From assembly GCA_051294375.1 (NCBI GenBank), contig CM119265.1, forward strand, positions 19,457,642 through 19,521,641: DNA of 64,000 nucleotides, read 5' to 3'. Shown in pieces: positions 37,930 to 52,800 of the stretch. The stretch's first letter is position 1; each line of letters opens with the position of its first letter. The translations under genes and the position numbers were made by a program. The stretch comes from Paraspadella gotoi. Taxonomy: Eukaryota > Animalia > Chaetognatha. Below the pieces are notes generated by a model. The model saw only the letters and a program-made list of their open reading frames with translations. It ran no database searches and was not told where the DNA came from.

Positions 37930-38655
37930 AAAATCATTGCCGTCTACTGTCATCGTCCAAAATCATCGTCGAAATCGATTGTATCGAATCCTGAAAGACA
38001 GATATTAAAAAAAAAATCGACTGCCGTCTATTAGTCATCGTTCAAATCATTCATCGAAATTCGATTGTCATCGAAACCTGAAAACGATATAAAAAAAATC
38101 ACTTGCCATTCTATGTATCGTCAAAATACTGTTCGAAATCGATTAGTTCATCGCAAACCTCGGAAAGCGATATAAAAAAATCACTGCCGTCTATGTTCAT
38201 CGGTCAAATCATCATCGAAATCGATTGTCATGGAACCTGAAAGCACTGAAACATATAAAGAAATCCACTGCCGTCTAAGTCATCGTCCAAAATCATCGTC
38301 GAAATTTGATTTGACACTCAAAAGCTGTCAGCGATATCCAATAAAAATCATTGCCATCTTTGNNNNNNNNNNNNNNNNNNNNNNNNNTGACAATCGATTT
38401 CGACGATGATTTTGACGATGACATAGATGGCAGTGATTTTTTTTTATATCGTTTTCAGGTTTCGATGACAATCGATTTCGATGATGATTTTGACGATGAC
38501 ATAGACGGCAGTGATTTTTTTTAATATCGCTTTCAGGTTTCGATGACAATCGATTTCGACGATGATTTTGACGATGACATAGACGGCAATGATTTTTTTA
38601 TATGGCTGACAACTTTTGATGTCAATCAATTTCGATGATGATTTTGACGATGACA
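37930..38655. repeat. 78-bp minisatellite, in opposite orientations on either side of the 38363-38387 gap
   Basis: The unit start TGACAATCGATTTCG recurs at 38388, 38466 and 38544 (period 78). Noisier units lie at 37930-38362. Confidence 0.88.
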
Positions 38656-38954
38656 GAGACGTCGAAAAAGGGAAGAAGAAAATCGCGAGATGAATTATGA
38701 TGGATGAAGGAAGATGGGAACGACAAAGACGATGATGACGACGATTCGGAACGATGGCGACGAACTTTTTAAGAGGAAACAATTTGTCAAGAAACTTAAG
38801 CCTAATTTAGGTTTTTTTCTCTTTTGTTTTCGTTGAGTAAAAGTTAATGACAAGCAAATAAATGTTTAAGTATATGGTTTAAACCATCATGATTTCTTAA
38901 ATGGATCTTGACCGAACAATTTGTGGCACAACTTTTTTTTTTATGGCGGTTCTC

Positions 38955-39683
38955 GAAAATATGAGAAAGTACAATTTAAAATGATTAACATTCATGTACC
39001 AATCGAAAGTTTTTCTTCTATTTTTTTATATTCCTGCTTTCGTAATTTGTTTGAGGGTCAGTGCAAATTTGTGCGTTCCCGCTGTGTACAATTTTACATA
39101 ACATATAAAACTGTAAATTAATTTTTTAATGCAATTAATTTTCGTCAAAATAGCCATTTTTAAAATATTATTATAGTATGTACACGTTAGTTAACGGCTA
39201 CTTCTATTCCGAATTCTAATTATAATTCTAATTCAAATCTAGTACTAATCTCTGTGAATTATGTTACATTTTGCTTCATAAAGAAAAAGTAAAAACTCAC
39301 TACACATCGTCATTTAGAAAGTTTACATTCGACCTCGAATATCAAAATTTAGTGCAAAAACTCCAACCGAAGATTCCTTTGTCGATGCAAACAAATTTTC
39401 TCCGGCCTCCGGAAGAGGAGGCTCGCCTTTTCCAGGCAACGCGCGCTACCGGAATATGCAATAAGATTTCGGCACCGTTAATGTTCTCTCCTTGCGTGGC
39501 GCCACGAAACGAGAGCGGAGGTAAATGAACGACTGCCACGAAAGAAAATCTAAGGAAAGAGGCCTGCGACCACGGCCTGCGCGCACAGGCAGCGGCGAAT
39601 TAGAGAGGCTGCGTTAGGAAGAAGGAGGGCTGATGAAAATGGGGGAGGAAGGGGTAAGTAGGGAAAGAGAAGGAGGAAAAGAT

Positions 39684-39717
<34 letters not shown>

Positions 39718-40179
39718 GAGAGAGATGAGAGACGAAGAGATGAGAGAAGAGAGAGAGAAGAGAGAGACTCCCCCTCCGAAAACAAAAGCCAAGGGAGATA
39801 AAACTGCCAGCAAGCTAGAAGGCCATAAACTTCCGCACACCCGAGCGCAGTTGGGCATTGCCGCATTGGTCAAGGCTAGAGCGGCAAAGGGTGACGCCAT
39901 TGCGATTCCTCCTCGGGTTTTATAATGAATGAAAGAAAAGATAGAGAAAAAAAAACAAAGACACAAAAGAAAGAAAAAATTCAAGTCGGTTGCGAAAGAA
40001 AAAAAAAAATTCTTTAGTTTACTGTCTTCCTTGTTTACTTCAAGAGGCAATTTCCCCGGAAAACAAGCGACGGGACGAAACAATTTTATGACTGCTAATG
40101 AGACATTCTCTCGCTCTCCTCTCTTCTCTCTCTCGTCTCTCTCTCTCTCTTCTCTTCTCTCTCTCCTCTCCTCTCTCTC

Positions 40180-40213
<34 letters not shown>

Positions 40214-43200
40214 CAAAAAGGGCGTCTAGAGTTGAGTTCCCCCGCGGATCAGAGGTCCCGAATGCAGGTGAGTAAACGTTGTTCGTGAAGGAAAATAGAG
40301 TCTTAAACCAAAGACAGTGACTCTTCAGTTTCACCTCACGTTTCACTTTTTTGTTTACGAGTCTCAGGTTTTATGAAATGCGAAATAATTAGAAGCCTAA
40401 AAAATTCATGTGAAAAAACGCAACGACTGGAGCATGGTTTTTTTTTAGGCGATAATTTTGCTAATTTAATTAACAAAAAATAAATTAGTTTAAACCTAAT
40501 TAGGTAAGACTAGCGAAATAAAGACGACGAAAGAGAGAGCGTGCTACACAATTCTGCCATTTGATTTGTGTTGTCGCACCAGATGGACTCTGAAATTTCT
40601 GAATTGAAAAAAACCAACAATTTCCCTCTACATTGAGGATTAATATTTGATTTTCGACAGTGATTAGACCATATGAGATTTTGTGGCGACTTCATGTTAA
40701 CTGAAATTTGAAAATATTCTTTTGCGTTACTTTTATTTACGAAATCAATTACTAAACGAATAATCTCAACTGTAGAAGATCTTCCATATCTTCCCAGGTT
40801 TTGCTAATAATATGCGCACCGTCCGTCCATTGTCCTCGCTCTCAGAGGGAAATCTCCGACTCCATCAATTTCGCGTTCTACTTTTTCCCATCTTCATTAA
40901 TCGTTCTCTATGACGTTCCGCTTTCTTGTCGCTTCATATCGCGCGCGGAATCGACTCCGCCGACGAAACGCCGGTTGCCGAGTTCGCCGACCCCTTTCGC
41001 GAGTCTGTCGTCGTCGATGACGCGCTTACGTCCGCCATCCGCCAGTTCTGCTGCGTCTCCCGTCGACGGGCGCCAGTTTTCGCTCGGCGTCTCACAGCGC
41101 TTCGCTCGGCAGCTGCGACTGAAACGCGCCGACGGCGGCGTCGGGCGCCGCCGGATGGTCTCCGGGATGGCGCGTGAGGGAAATGGAAACCGAAGGGCGG
41201 AAAACGAGACGCGTGCCGAACGAGGACAAAGACAGGGGAGACGACAAAGAGATGAGACGACCCGGCCGATGAGACGGCGATCAAAGGCGACGGTTTTGAC
41301 GTCGAGAACAATGCAATCCTCCGCAGCCGCCACAACAGCCGGAAATAATGCCTCAACACACGAACCTCGCACAACAGCCACTTACAGCGGTCCTCGTCCT
41401 CCGACGGGAAGAGACAGAAAAAACAGACTGAGGGCGATGCTCCAGTCTGAGGCGGAAGAAGGCAAGGATTTTAAGACGAAAAAGGTGAGGCATGTGAGGT
41501 GTGGGGTGTGGTAAGCGGATGGAGGAAGAAGGTAAAGGAGGGAAAAGATGAAACATACGAAGAGAAGGTGAAGGAGATGAGAAATAAGGAAATAAAGGAA
41601 GGGTATAAGAGGAAAAAGGGTGAGATCGACGCAGGAAAAAAAAGTTAGCACGGGAGAAAGAGGAAAGCAAAGATTGATAGACGTTATAGAAAATTTAATA
41701 TTAAGGAACCGAAAAGAACTTTTTAAAAAAACGGGTACGAAGGAATAATATGCAAATAAAAATTTAAACCAAACACAGATATTTTTCCGAGAAGCAACGA
41801 TCTTTTCGCTTGGAGACGCCGACGAATCGTCATTTGCGACGTGATTCGTGGCGAGTGGCGCTCATGTGACGCGGGCGCGATACTCTTGCGAACTGGACTC
41901 CTTAACTTTAACGAATCCGTACTCCCGCGCCGAGGACTACGCCAATGTTACGTCATTCTTCATAAATCGCCTAACGACGCCGCACGACACGCATGACATC
42001 ACGACGACGACGACGACGACGACGGACGACGACGACCGACGACGCACGACGCGACGACGAGACGACCGACAAGAAAACATCGAAATCGGACGGGAACAAT
42101 GCGACCGAAGCGAGAACGAAAATCCGGAACGATCTATTCTTTCGCCGGAAACTGTTGATTCCACAGACGCGGCGTTCGCCGCAGCACGAAACCGCGCGTC
42201 ATTTCGCAGCAGAAAACAAAAGTCAGGGACGAAGGCGGCGGGTGGCGGCGAGCGGTCGGTGGCGGCGGACGCCGAGCGGACGGCGGAGGCGGTCGCGGCG
42301 GCCGTCGGCGGCGGCGGCCGGCGGTGGCGGTGGCCGGTGGCGACGTCGATTCGAATTCCGTTGTCTCCCGTTCGCTTCCCCCGTTTGGATTTGCGATGAA
42401 TGAGAGCGAACACGACGACGACGACGACCACAACGACGTCTATTTTCGTCAACTTTCTCTTTCTACAGTCAACCGTTTCCTACGTTAAACGAATTCTCGA
42501 TCAACTTTAAAGCCGACGTCACCTTTATCACTTAACGCCCGCCCCACCCCCACCCCGCCCCCGCTCCTACCTCCCGCCTCTTCTCGAACTCCATCCCCCT
42601 TCCCTAGCAACAGTCACCCCTTCGACCACCTCTCCCTCAGTCGCCCTCCCTCGCCCCCACGGCGACGGATCCTTCCTTCGCTCGTCTACTCTTCGCGACA
42701 TCAAATTGACGCCGCGCGACCTCTTATTCCGGTCATCCGACTACGTCTCTGGCGCCTCGGTCCGACGCCCTCTTTCCGGCCATAGGCGCCTCGTCGAAAG
42801 CTAGGGACGACGTCGGACGACGACGACGATGATTCTACACGAGACGATCGACGACGAAATAAGCGGAATAACGAAAAAAATTAATTTTTAACGACGATTC
42901 ACCAACATCTGCCAGCGACGGGAGCGCGGCTGAACGCGACGGAGCAGGTGGCTTCACTGCTGATGATGGCGGTGGTGCGCAGCCGCGTCCTGGATCCGTC
43001 CTCGACTCTTTTGTCGGTGAGTTGGATGCGCGAAGCGACGCGGAGATCAAGTCCTGGACCGTCCCAATCGTGCTCTCTCATCGCCCGACAATTTCCTGGC
43101 GCCCACTCGGCCCATCTGCCAATCCCGCCAGCGTCCCGACGAAGACCACGCATACTTCTCGCCGTCGGGGGCAAGCCCATCCGGCGATCGATTTCAGCGC

Positions 43201-45570
43201 CACTTTCGGTTTGAAGAGACGCTTGCGCACGTGTGGACGGCGTTGTCCGGCGGCTTTGACCGAAGCAAAGGGTCCGGGGGGGCGAGGACGCCCGTCTTCA
43301 GACGAGCGATAATTCCCGTCGAGAGAGCTGAAGGATCCGGAGGAGAGCATCGAGGGGTGCGGATGCGCGGGAACCAGGTCCTTGCTCATCTCGATTTGCA
43401 GGGTTAGTCATTTGCCATTGGCATTGGTGCGTCGCACACTTGATCCATACTTTGATTCAAACATTAGTTGTCATCGTTGTTTGTAGAGATTATTCAAGGG
43501 AGAATTTAGATTTCGTAATCAAAGTTTATATGTATAATATTATATATACTAGCATATATATATATTATATAATATTTGGAAGTTATATTTAATCGCTATT
43601 GTGTTAGACGCGCGATATCGCCACTTCTCATATGTCACAGTAACTATTAAAATGTCAGGAGACGTTGGCTGACTATTGACTATTTTTGAATGTAGTTTCG
43701 TAGCAAAATCTTAGTAGACTAATTTTCGTTTCGATTGTTTCACAATATGTTTCGCTGTAGATTTTGTTGTATTGTAGTATGAATCTTAAATTTTTTTTAA
43801 CGAGAAAATTGAGTCGAGTGATTTCACGTATCTTGACCATACCCGCCAAGAGAATATATTCTTGGCTTGTCTAAAGTAAACTTTGATATTATTTTTTTCG
43901 GTTTTAGATTCAACATACATTAAAAACATCTAATATCGGTTATGGCTTCACCGGTTCTTCCTAAAAAACCCAAGGCAGCGACGCGTTTCTAATTTCTTCC
44001 TCAAACAGGTTTCACAGTGAAGCTTGCTGACCGGAGAGAAGGAGAAGAGAAGAGAGAGAGAGAGAGGAGAGAGAGAGAGAAGAGAGAGAGGAGAGAAGAT
44101 GAAGAGAGAGAGAGAGAGAGAGAAGAGAGAGTTTCGCTTGTCGCGCTTTGTGTCGCCATACAAAAAACCTCCAGTTCGAGAGAATCTGTTTGGGAGTAAA
44201 TGAGGCAGGAGGAGGAAGGAGAGGAGGAGGTGTTTTCCCAGAAGTCCCGACCTCACTCAAAACACAAAACCCGCGCCCTCTCTCCGATCAACTGCGACAA
44301 AAGAAATCTTCACCTCCCCAACGATTTCCACGGATTCAAAACTCATCTCTACTCCCTTACCACGCTTTTTTTGCACCGAACTTTTCAGCAAAAACTCCAT
44401 CCTAACTTCCGAACCGTTTCGTTTATGTCGGCGCAGAGAAAAAAATTGTTCTGTCTACCTTTCTCAATTTTTTTTTTTGTTGCCCTTTATTTTTTCAGAG
44501 AAAAAGAAAATAATAAAAAAGGAAAAAAAGAAGAGAAACATCAAGAGAGAAAATAGAAGGAAAGATCGAAACCCCAAAAAAGAAGCCGAGGAACCAAAAT
44601 TAAAAAAAAAAAACAGAAAAAAAAAGTTAGAAACATTAAAAAAAAAAAGAAAAAAAAAAGAAAAGAAAGAAGAAGGAATCCATTTTTTCCAGTGACTCCG
44701 CTTACGGTCGAGAAGGAGAAGAAACGCTGGTCGGACCAGGAAAATAAGGAGGAGGAAGAGGAAGAATAAAAAAAAAAAAACCAAAATACAAGGACAGAAG
44801 AAGAAGAAGGAAGAAGAAAGGAACGATGAAGGAGACGGGGAGAGACTCTTTTGCTTAAAAATCGATTGAAACGAAAACAATTTCTCTCCCGGAGCGCCGA
44901 GCGAGACCGTAGGAGGAACAGGAAACGGGGGAGGTAGAAGGGAGGAAGAGAGGAAGGACGAGACGAGCGAATCGGGAGGTGGAGGAAATTGGTAGCGAAG
45001 GACGAGTCCGCACCGAGGTCGAGGAAGAGGAGAGGGAGAGAGTGAGGAGTGGAGAGAGGAGAAGAGGAAGGAAGGAAGGAGGAAAGAGGAATCTACCGAC
45101 GACTCGGAATCGTCCACTCACCGCCGGAGCCGGAGCAGGAGTCGGTGGCAGAGTTGAAGGGGGAAAGGGGGAAGAAGGGGAGAAGGAGAAGTGGAGAAGG
45201 GGAGGAAGGATGGGGCCAAAACGGAGGGAATGAGGGAAGTAAGGATCGTAGACGGCGGAAAGGAAACCAAGAAGGCGGATAGTCAAAACAAAACAATCTG
45301 TGTAACGAAAAAGTAGCGGTAATCGTTGGACCAAAAAGGAAACGAGAACGATTGAAAACAAAACAAAAAAAAAAAAGTAAAGGAAAACAACCCGAAATAA
45401 AAGAAGAGCAAGTGGACTAAAGGAAAACAGTGAAAGTCGAGACACAGGCATAGCCAAGAGCAAAAAAAGCTCAAATTGGCGGAAAAACCTGTGACGTGGA
45501 CGAGTAACGTAGAGAGAGAGGGAGAGAGAGACGAGAGAGAGAGAGAGCGAGAGAGTAGAGAGAGAGAGAC

Positions 45571-45612
<42 letters not shown>

Positions 45613-46449
45613 CGGACCTCCTAGTTCGCATTGTACGAAACGATTTAGACAAAATGGCGCGACCAACAAAGGCTCGGATGAACAGACGCGGGCTCCGGAC
45701 GTCGGGACGAGGAAAGACCGAAAAAACCGAATTGGAGCGGACGTGAAGGCGGAAAAGACTGGGAAGGACCGGGGAAAGACCGGGAACTGATTGAAAGGAT
45801 CGGAAAATTGAGTGCAGGGAAAAAAACATTCTGGGGTCGATGCGACAATGGCTGGAAAAATTTGCGGGACCCAAAATAGAAAAATGTCTAGGAATTTTTT
45901 GAAAAAAAAAAGAAAATCAAAATGACGCGGATATGTAAATGTGGCGGAAATATCGACGAGGAACACTAAAATTCGGCGACAGCTCCGTAAATATAAATTG
46001 ATGACGCCCGTAGAAACCCGGCGTCGTCGATCGCGGAGTTCGGCGTCGGATGAAAAAGAAAAAATGCTGGGGAAGCCAGATGACCAACTGATGGCGGAGC
46101 AAGATTCGCCAAATTAGTTTGCGACGCAACAGAAGTTGCGATTTGCAGATTGGCCACCAATGGCCCAACACGAAGAACCCGTTGATTGCTTCCGATTCGC
46201 GTTGAGGGAAAAACTGTGAGAGATGAAGAGAGAGAGGAGAGAGATGAGAGAAGGAGAGGAGAGAGAGAGAGACAAGAGAGAGAGAGAGAGAGAAGAGAGA
46301 GAGAAGAGAGAGTAGGAGCGAGGGGCGGGGCTGAATGGCCCTGCCGTGATAGTTCGCCATTGCGGAAGTTTCCATAGAGCGAAACTAACTTTATTCTTCT
46401 GCAATAAACGGACAACAATGGCCATCAGCTTAACGGCGGTTCAAACCGC
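38955..46449 (+). other. Indel-rich direct copy of ~30048-37539; probable unpolished long-read insert
   Basis: Colinear over ~7.5 kb, with differences dominated by 1-nt indels. It ends at the same GCGGTTCAAACCGC as 37539, followed by 25 N. Confidence 0.85.
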
Positions 46450-46474
46450 NNNNNNNNNNNNNNNNNNNNNNNNN

Positions 46475-47056
46475 TCTCTCACAGTTCTTCCCTCAACCGA
46501 ATCGGAAGCAATCAACGGGTTCTTGTGTTGGCCATTGGTGGCCAAATCTGCAAATCGCAACTTCTGTTGCGTCGCAAATAATTTGGCGAATCTTGCTCCG
46601 CCATCAGTGGCATCTGGCTTCCAGCATTTTTCTTTTCTCCGACGCCGACTTCCGCAGATCGACGACGCCGGGTTTCTACGGCGTCATCAATTTATATTTA
46701 CGGAGCTGTCGCCGAATTTTATTGAATTTAGTTCCTCGTCGATAATTTCCGCCAATTTAATATCCGCCATTTTGATTTCCTTTTTTTTTTCAAAAAATTC
46801 TCTTGGACCATTTTCTATTTTGGGTCCCCAAATTTTTCCAGCCATTGTCGATCGACCCCAGAATGTTTTTTTCCCCTGCACTCAATTTCCGATCCTTTCA
46901 ATCAGTTCCCGGTCTTTCCCGGTCTTTCCCGCCCTTCCGTCCGGCTCCAATTCGGTTTTTCGGTCTTTCCTCGTCCCGACGTCCGGAGCCGCGTCTGTTC
47001 ATCGGAGCCTTTGTTGTCCGCCCATTTGTCTAATCTTTCGTACAATGGAACTCAGG
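46475..47056 (-). other. Inverted noisy copy of ~36705-37320
   Basis: Reverse-complement similarity; flanks a 25-N gap. Confidence 0.8.
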
Positions 47057-47076
47057 TGGTCAAAAAGGAGGAGATG

Positions 47077-48983
47077 CAACGTAATTTTCTTCTTTCATTG
47101 GTTTGATTATCGTTCCGACCTCTAAAGTCCCGGATTGCTTTGTCCTTCTCTCTTTCTTTTCCATTTTTTTCTTTCTTTCTTCATTTTTCTATTCTTCAAC
47201 CTGTTCTATACAATAATCAACATTAACCGTTAGTTATTCTGTTAACGCCAGACTCACTCCCCACCAAACGCCTTTCAAACGCTGCAGATTCAATCATCTA
47301 TCAGAAACATTGTTCACTTCCCTGAACTTCTCTTCAGGTCCTCAATCATCCCTGCTCCTAGGAGACGCTTCCCCAGTGGACGGCGATACAACTCGTCCTG
47401 ACGGCAATCAGAAATTAAGATTAAAATCTGGTTTGACGAATGCGAATTTAGATCGCAAATCCTAATCGCAAATTCCGACGCATGAAGCTTGACGACCTTC
47501 AAACGCTCTCTAACCTCTCCGGCATCGGGAAATGTTGTTGCCGAGGAGGTCTGCACGGGAGAATAAGACTTTCAAAACGACCTCGACCGCTTTCACAACC
47601 ACGCCGACTGACGCGTCTTTCAGCCGCAAGCACTAAACAACAATCAATTCTGCGACACCACCTGTACCGACTCCTGCGAGCTGTCCACACAATAACACTA
47701 GTCATCTTCGCAAATAGCACTACACCAGTCCTCCACCAAACATCTCTACGCGCCAACCGCCGCACACCAACTCGTCTCTCTATCATCACAACAGGCCTGC
47801 CCCCATCACCCCTTCGCTACTGCCGGCCGACGCACACGCTCGACTGGGAAAACTTCCCACGGCCTTGTTGAAGTCTCGTCGGCGAGGCGGCGGCTGCTGT
47901 GGGCGTTTTCATGAGCGCGCTTGTATCCCACGAGTAGAGATGACCTGAGTGGGGAATCGGGTTTGAGTTTATGTAAGTGAAATGACGTCTGGGAAAAATG
48001 GGAGATAGGGGTGAATTTGGGTGAATGTTGGGACGAAATAAATAGAAAGGAAAGAAAGGAAAAGTCATCGAATCTTGGAAACAGGAGAGGGAGGGAGTGT
48101 GAGGGAATAGCGAAAAATTATCGACCGGAAATGAAAATACCATAAAAGCTTCGATCGTCTCTACAACTAAGGGAAGCGGTCAATCGTCGTTTGAACAAGA
48201 AAAGTGGAGTGCGATGAACGATTCGGACATCGATTTGCATTAATGAACAAAATAGAATTACTAGCCGCATTGGCAAAGATTGCTAAGCCGGAAGGACGAC
48301 ATATCGCGAGTGAGGAAGGATCGACAACTGAGTCCTAGATTCTGCACGTAAGTTTTGTATTAAACTTCGTTAATAAAACATGGGCCTGTGGGCACCATTG
48401 ACCGAGAGGCGACGAGTGGTTGCCACGAAATGGTCTTCCAATCTTGCCATGATACGGGACAGATAGTTGTTGATCGCATTGTCGGTTGACGCAACGTGCC
48501 TGTAGCAAACGCGATGGGCGGGGACGGCCATGAGGCGAGAGCGTTCGGAAAGCGACGAAAGGTTAACAGCGAATGATAAAATATTTAATATATATTCCTT
48601 TGAATGATAGGAACTAGGATATGGGTATTGGTTTGAAAAGAGAAGCTTTTTATTCAGAAATGATAGCAAAAGCCAGAAAAGATATTTATACATGAAATTG
48701 TACTCTTACTAAAGAAGTTACAAGGGAAGTAGAAGGAGGAGGCAAATGGTTAATTGAGGCGTTCAGGTCGCAAAAGGGAAAAGATGGCAAGAGAGAGAGA
48801 GAAAGAGAGGAGAGTCTTCACAATGGGGAAAGAAAAGCGACGTAAATGAATAAGGTAATTAGGAAACCTTATATATCTAATTCAGGGAGAGGAATGAGAG
48901 TAAAGAAGGGAAGATTAAGAAGTAATAGAGCATGGAGAGAGAGAGAGAGAGAGAAGAGTAGAGAGAGAGAGAGAGAGAGGGAG

Positions 48984-49024
<41 letters not shown>

Positions 49025-49822
49025 GAGAGAGAGCAGAGAGAGAGAAAATCCAACCTGAAGCGTTGAATTGGGAGACGAGCTGATGGTTATCCTGGGATTG
49101 AAGGGCTACGAATGTTTGACGAACCGTAATCGCGGCTGCCAGAGTCGACGTGCAGATTGGGAAGTCTGCCATCGCCTCTTCAGTCCGCAGTCCCACCGGA
49201 GACTTCCTGTGTGGGAGGGAAGGGAAGTGAGGAAGAAGAGGAAATCAGGAAAAAAAAAGGGAAAAATAGTGAAGAGGAAAATGAGGAAAAGTGCGTTAGG
49301 GAGAGGAGGAAAAAGGAGAGAGAGAAAGAGAAATGGCAAAGAAGGGAGGGAAAGGGGAAGCAGGATGGAGCTTGAAAATCGTCCATGCTTAAACATTAGT
49401 TTATTCTCCAACAAACAGTCTTCCTTTTTCTTCGCTTGCCCACCCTTTCTTTTCTCGTTCGTGCTATCAATTCCGCCTTCTTTCCTTTCCTGACCCACCT
49501 TCCAAACTGCGCCCTTACCTTCTCCTTCACCTTCCCTTATCCTTCCAACCTGCAGCGAATCGGCGCTGACGGTGACGAGGCAACCGGGCGTCGGGCGAAA
49601 CGCGGCCACGCGCGGCCACGCCTCGTCGTCGGGCGCCGAAGATAGCGTTTTGACGGGGCCGTTCCCGTCGTCGTGTCCCAGACGATCGACGGTGGCTGTC
49701 GGAGCTGTAGGAATGATGATGTTGGGCTGTAGTGATGCTTTTTAGGAAGCTTTCCTTGCTAAAATTCATTCATTAATTAATTAATATTAATTAATTAAAT
49801 TTATTTATTTATTTTTTATTTT

Positions 49823-49865
<43 letters not shown>

Positions 49866-52800
49866 TTTTTTATTTATTTATTTATTTATTTATTATTTAT
49901 TTTTTATATATCTTTTTTCCTCTCTTTGTTTGTTTCATTTCTTTCTTGCTTTCTTTCATTTTGCTTCACTTCTTCCTTTCTCTTTTTTTTGTAAAAGGGT
50001 AACCTTTCAAGAAGGTCTGGCTCATCAAAAACTCAAAACAAGAAATCGCGGAGGACTTTTCAGAAATGTCCTCCGTTTTCTATGTCCAAATTTTCCAGTC
50101 CGGGTTTTCCCAAATCACAATTGATGTCCATTGGATTGCGAGAATACTTCGATTCTTCTTCCCCATCGAATTTATTTTCTGTCTGTTTGTCCGCCGTCCG
50201 TCTGCTCTCTCTCTCTCTCTCTCTTCTTCTCTCTCTCTCTCTCTTCTGCTCTCTCTCTCTCATCTCTCTCTCGGTCAATCTTTTCTCGGCCTCTTTACGC
50301 AACGCTTCTTAATATTTTTACTGCGCGGCAGTAATCGGATCGGAACCCGGAACTGCACGAGTAGGATGCTGCGAATAAGGTGAGCGGAGTGGGATTAGAT
50401 CTGGGTGACCAATGGGAACTTGGTTTCAAGGTGAATACTCAACACATAAAACCGATCTTCAATATCGCTCAGATTGCCTTTTCCTAACGGCCTACTAATC
50501 GCCACACCGTCACAAATTAAGAGACATGTTATCCCCTTGCTTTCCTTCTTTCCCGGGACCTAAGGAGCAGTCTTCCAATCCCCATACCCAATCCATTCGC
50601 AATCCTGCCGGTCTCTCCCTTTTGCCTCTCATCCCATATTCTGCTTTCTTTTTTTTTCCCGCAACAGGCCGGATCCAATCGGCTCGTCGCAAGGTCGCTG
50701 ACTGCTTTCCGTTCCAAGGGAGATCGCAGAGGAACAGGGTAACAACGGGTTGGCGACGGGGGGGGGGGTAGATAAAGGAAAATAAACGGCGAATAGGGTT
50801 TAACGGGAGCCACGAATTCGGGTGTTTATCACTGTAAGCCTACAGCGCCGCATTCTGTTCCTCACGGTCGGCTCGCACATTCTACTTCGTAAATCGATTC
50901 AGAAACCTCCTTCTCTTTCACAACAGAAATATGCTTTTTTCTCCGAACCAACTCCATCGACCCTCACTCTCTCTCTCCGTCTCTCTCCTCCGTCTCTCTC
51001 TCCCCTTCGAGCGACGGTGGACGATCAGTAAATAATAACATGCGACAATCGTGGCTGCCGACGGGGCGACGAGTCCATTCATCGTCCATTCATACATCCC
51101 ATTCATTGACCATTCGAGAGGCATCCGGAGGCCATTCGACGAGGGAGAAAGGAACGGATGGTGGGGGGTGGGGAGAAGGAACGTTTTGAATTATATCGGG
51201 TGACGATAGGGGTGACAGCGGCGGCGGCGGGCGCGGTCTGGAGACGGTCGTTCAATCGAATAAGGTAGGTCGACATCGTTTTGGAGAGAGAAAGAGGTTA
51301 ATATTAATGGAGATTGAATGAACGACTGTGGCCGCCCAGTTCGAAATGACAATTTCGTTCTGGGTCGCCCATTGACCGACCCCATCGGACGGAAGACCGA
51401 GTGTCATTTTCTTTTTCTTTTTCTTGTTCATTTTCGTTTTTATGATGTGGTCGGAGGAAGGTCTTCGTTCAGTCCAAGGCTCAACAATATTTTTCTTTTA
51501 TCTCGCGCTAACACCTATACCGCATGGTCAAATATAAATGGTTCTTGGGATTATCGGTTCTTAATTATTAACTAGTATCTTATTAACTATTATCATCATC
51601 CTTGCGACGCTGGCCGTCCAATTTTAACTCGAGGCCTTAACAGGCCTCTAACCTTCCGTCGGCGGTGAACGACATGCTCCTGTTTTTCACTGGAACGCCG
51701 TTCGCTGTGATGTTGTTGCGGTGACCACTGCAAGCGGTGTTGCAGATTTTGATAGGAAATCGAAGATGACGCAACGTGGGCGCAGACGTAAGAGGGCGCA
51801 ACGTCGAACCTGGTTGAGAGGGGGGTATCGATAAAAAATCAGACAAATAAATCGAAAATTTCTTTAGCTAGACATAAAAAATAATGAACAATTATCTATG
51901 GCTTTAGAATTTTTATTTATTTTTTCCTGGTTGAATAACCGCTGAGTTTAGTTTTAATTTGCTTAAACATTCTCAATTTTATTTTCTTTTGTTTCATCGG
52001 CTATCGAAAGCCGATCCGAACGGCAAACGGCAAACCGAATGGTCGATAAAAATCGCCCGTCTTCGCTGTCGTCGTCGTTGTTCGTCGTCGTCGCGCAACC
52101 GTACATTTTTCTTGTCGGGCCGGGATTTAATTCGGTTAACAGAATTTCTAGAGACGTCAAATGGCTTTCGATTAACGGCCGCCGCGATGAGAACCGACAA
52201 AAACGACGAACGGACAATTGACAGCACCATAACCAAGATGGCGACAAACGGAAAAACTGTTTTTATCGAAGAAATAGAATTTCTTTTTATCTCCTTTCAC
52301 TTAACCACTTGTTCTTTTTATAGCCTTTTTTGTTTAACTGCTTTGTTACAGGTTTTCCCGCTTTTTAATTCAAGTTTTCATACAGTATTGCGAGTAATTC
52401 TGCTTGGTCATCAAAATAAGCACTGCTTTCTCTTATCTTCTCTCTCTTCTCTCTCTCTCTTCTCTCTCTCTTCTATCTCAGTCTGTCTCTCTCTCACGTC
52501 TCGTCATCTCTCTCTCCTCTCATCTCTCGTCTTGAATTGCTTTCCGTGGAGCTAGAAGGACCGCTAATTCTGGACGCACATAATATAGGATAAAGTCTGC
52601 GGGTTAAATTTTCATGAGTCGCCGCATATAGCTCTTTGCGGATTCTCATCTTTCTCCTTTTAAATTTATATTCTCCTCTTGTCGAAGAGTCCACTGGACT
52701 CTCCGTCATTGTTATTAGTTGCGACCGTGAAGTACTGTATAGTCACGTTTTCGGTCGTCTGTCGGTCGGTCTGTATGTCTTGTCTGTCGTTCTGTTCCAC

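Noticed and set aside
37930-38655. CRISPR-like array
   Set aside because: Whole 78-bp units repeat with no unique spacers, there are no cas genes, and the context is eukaryotic.
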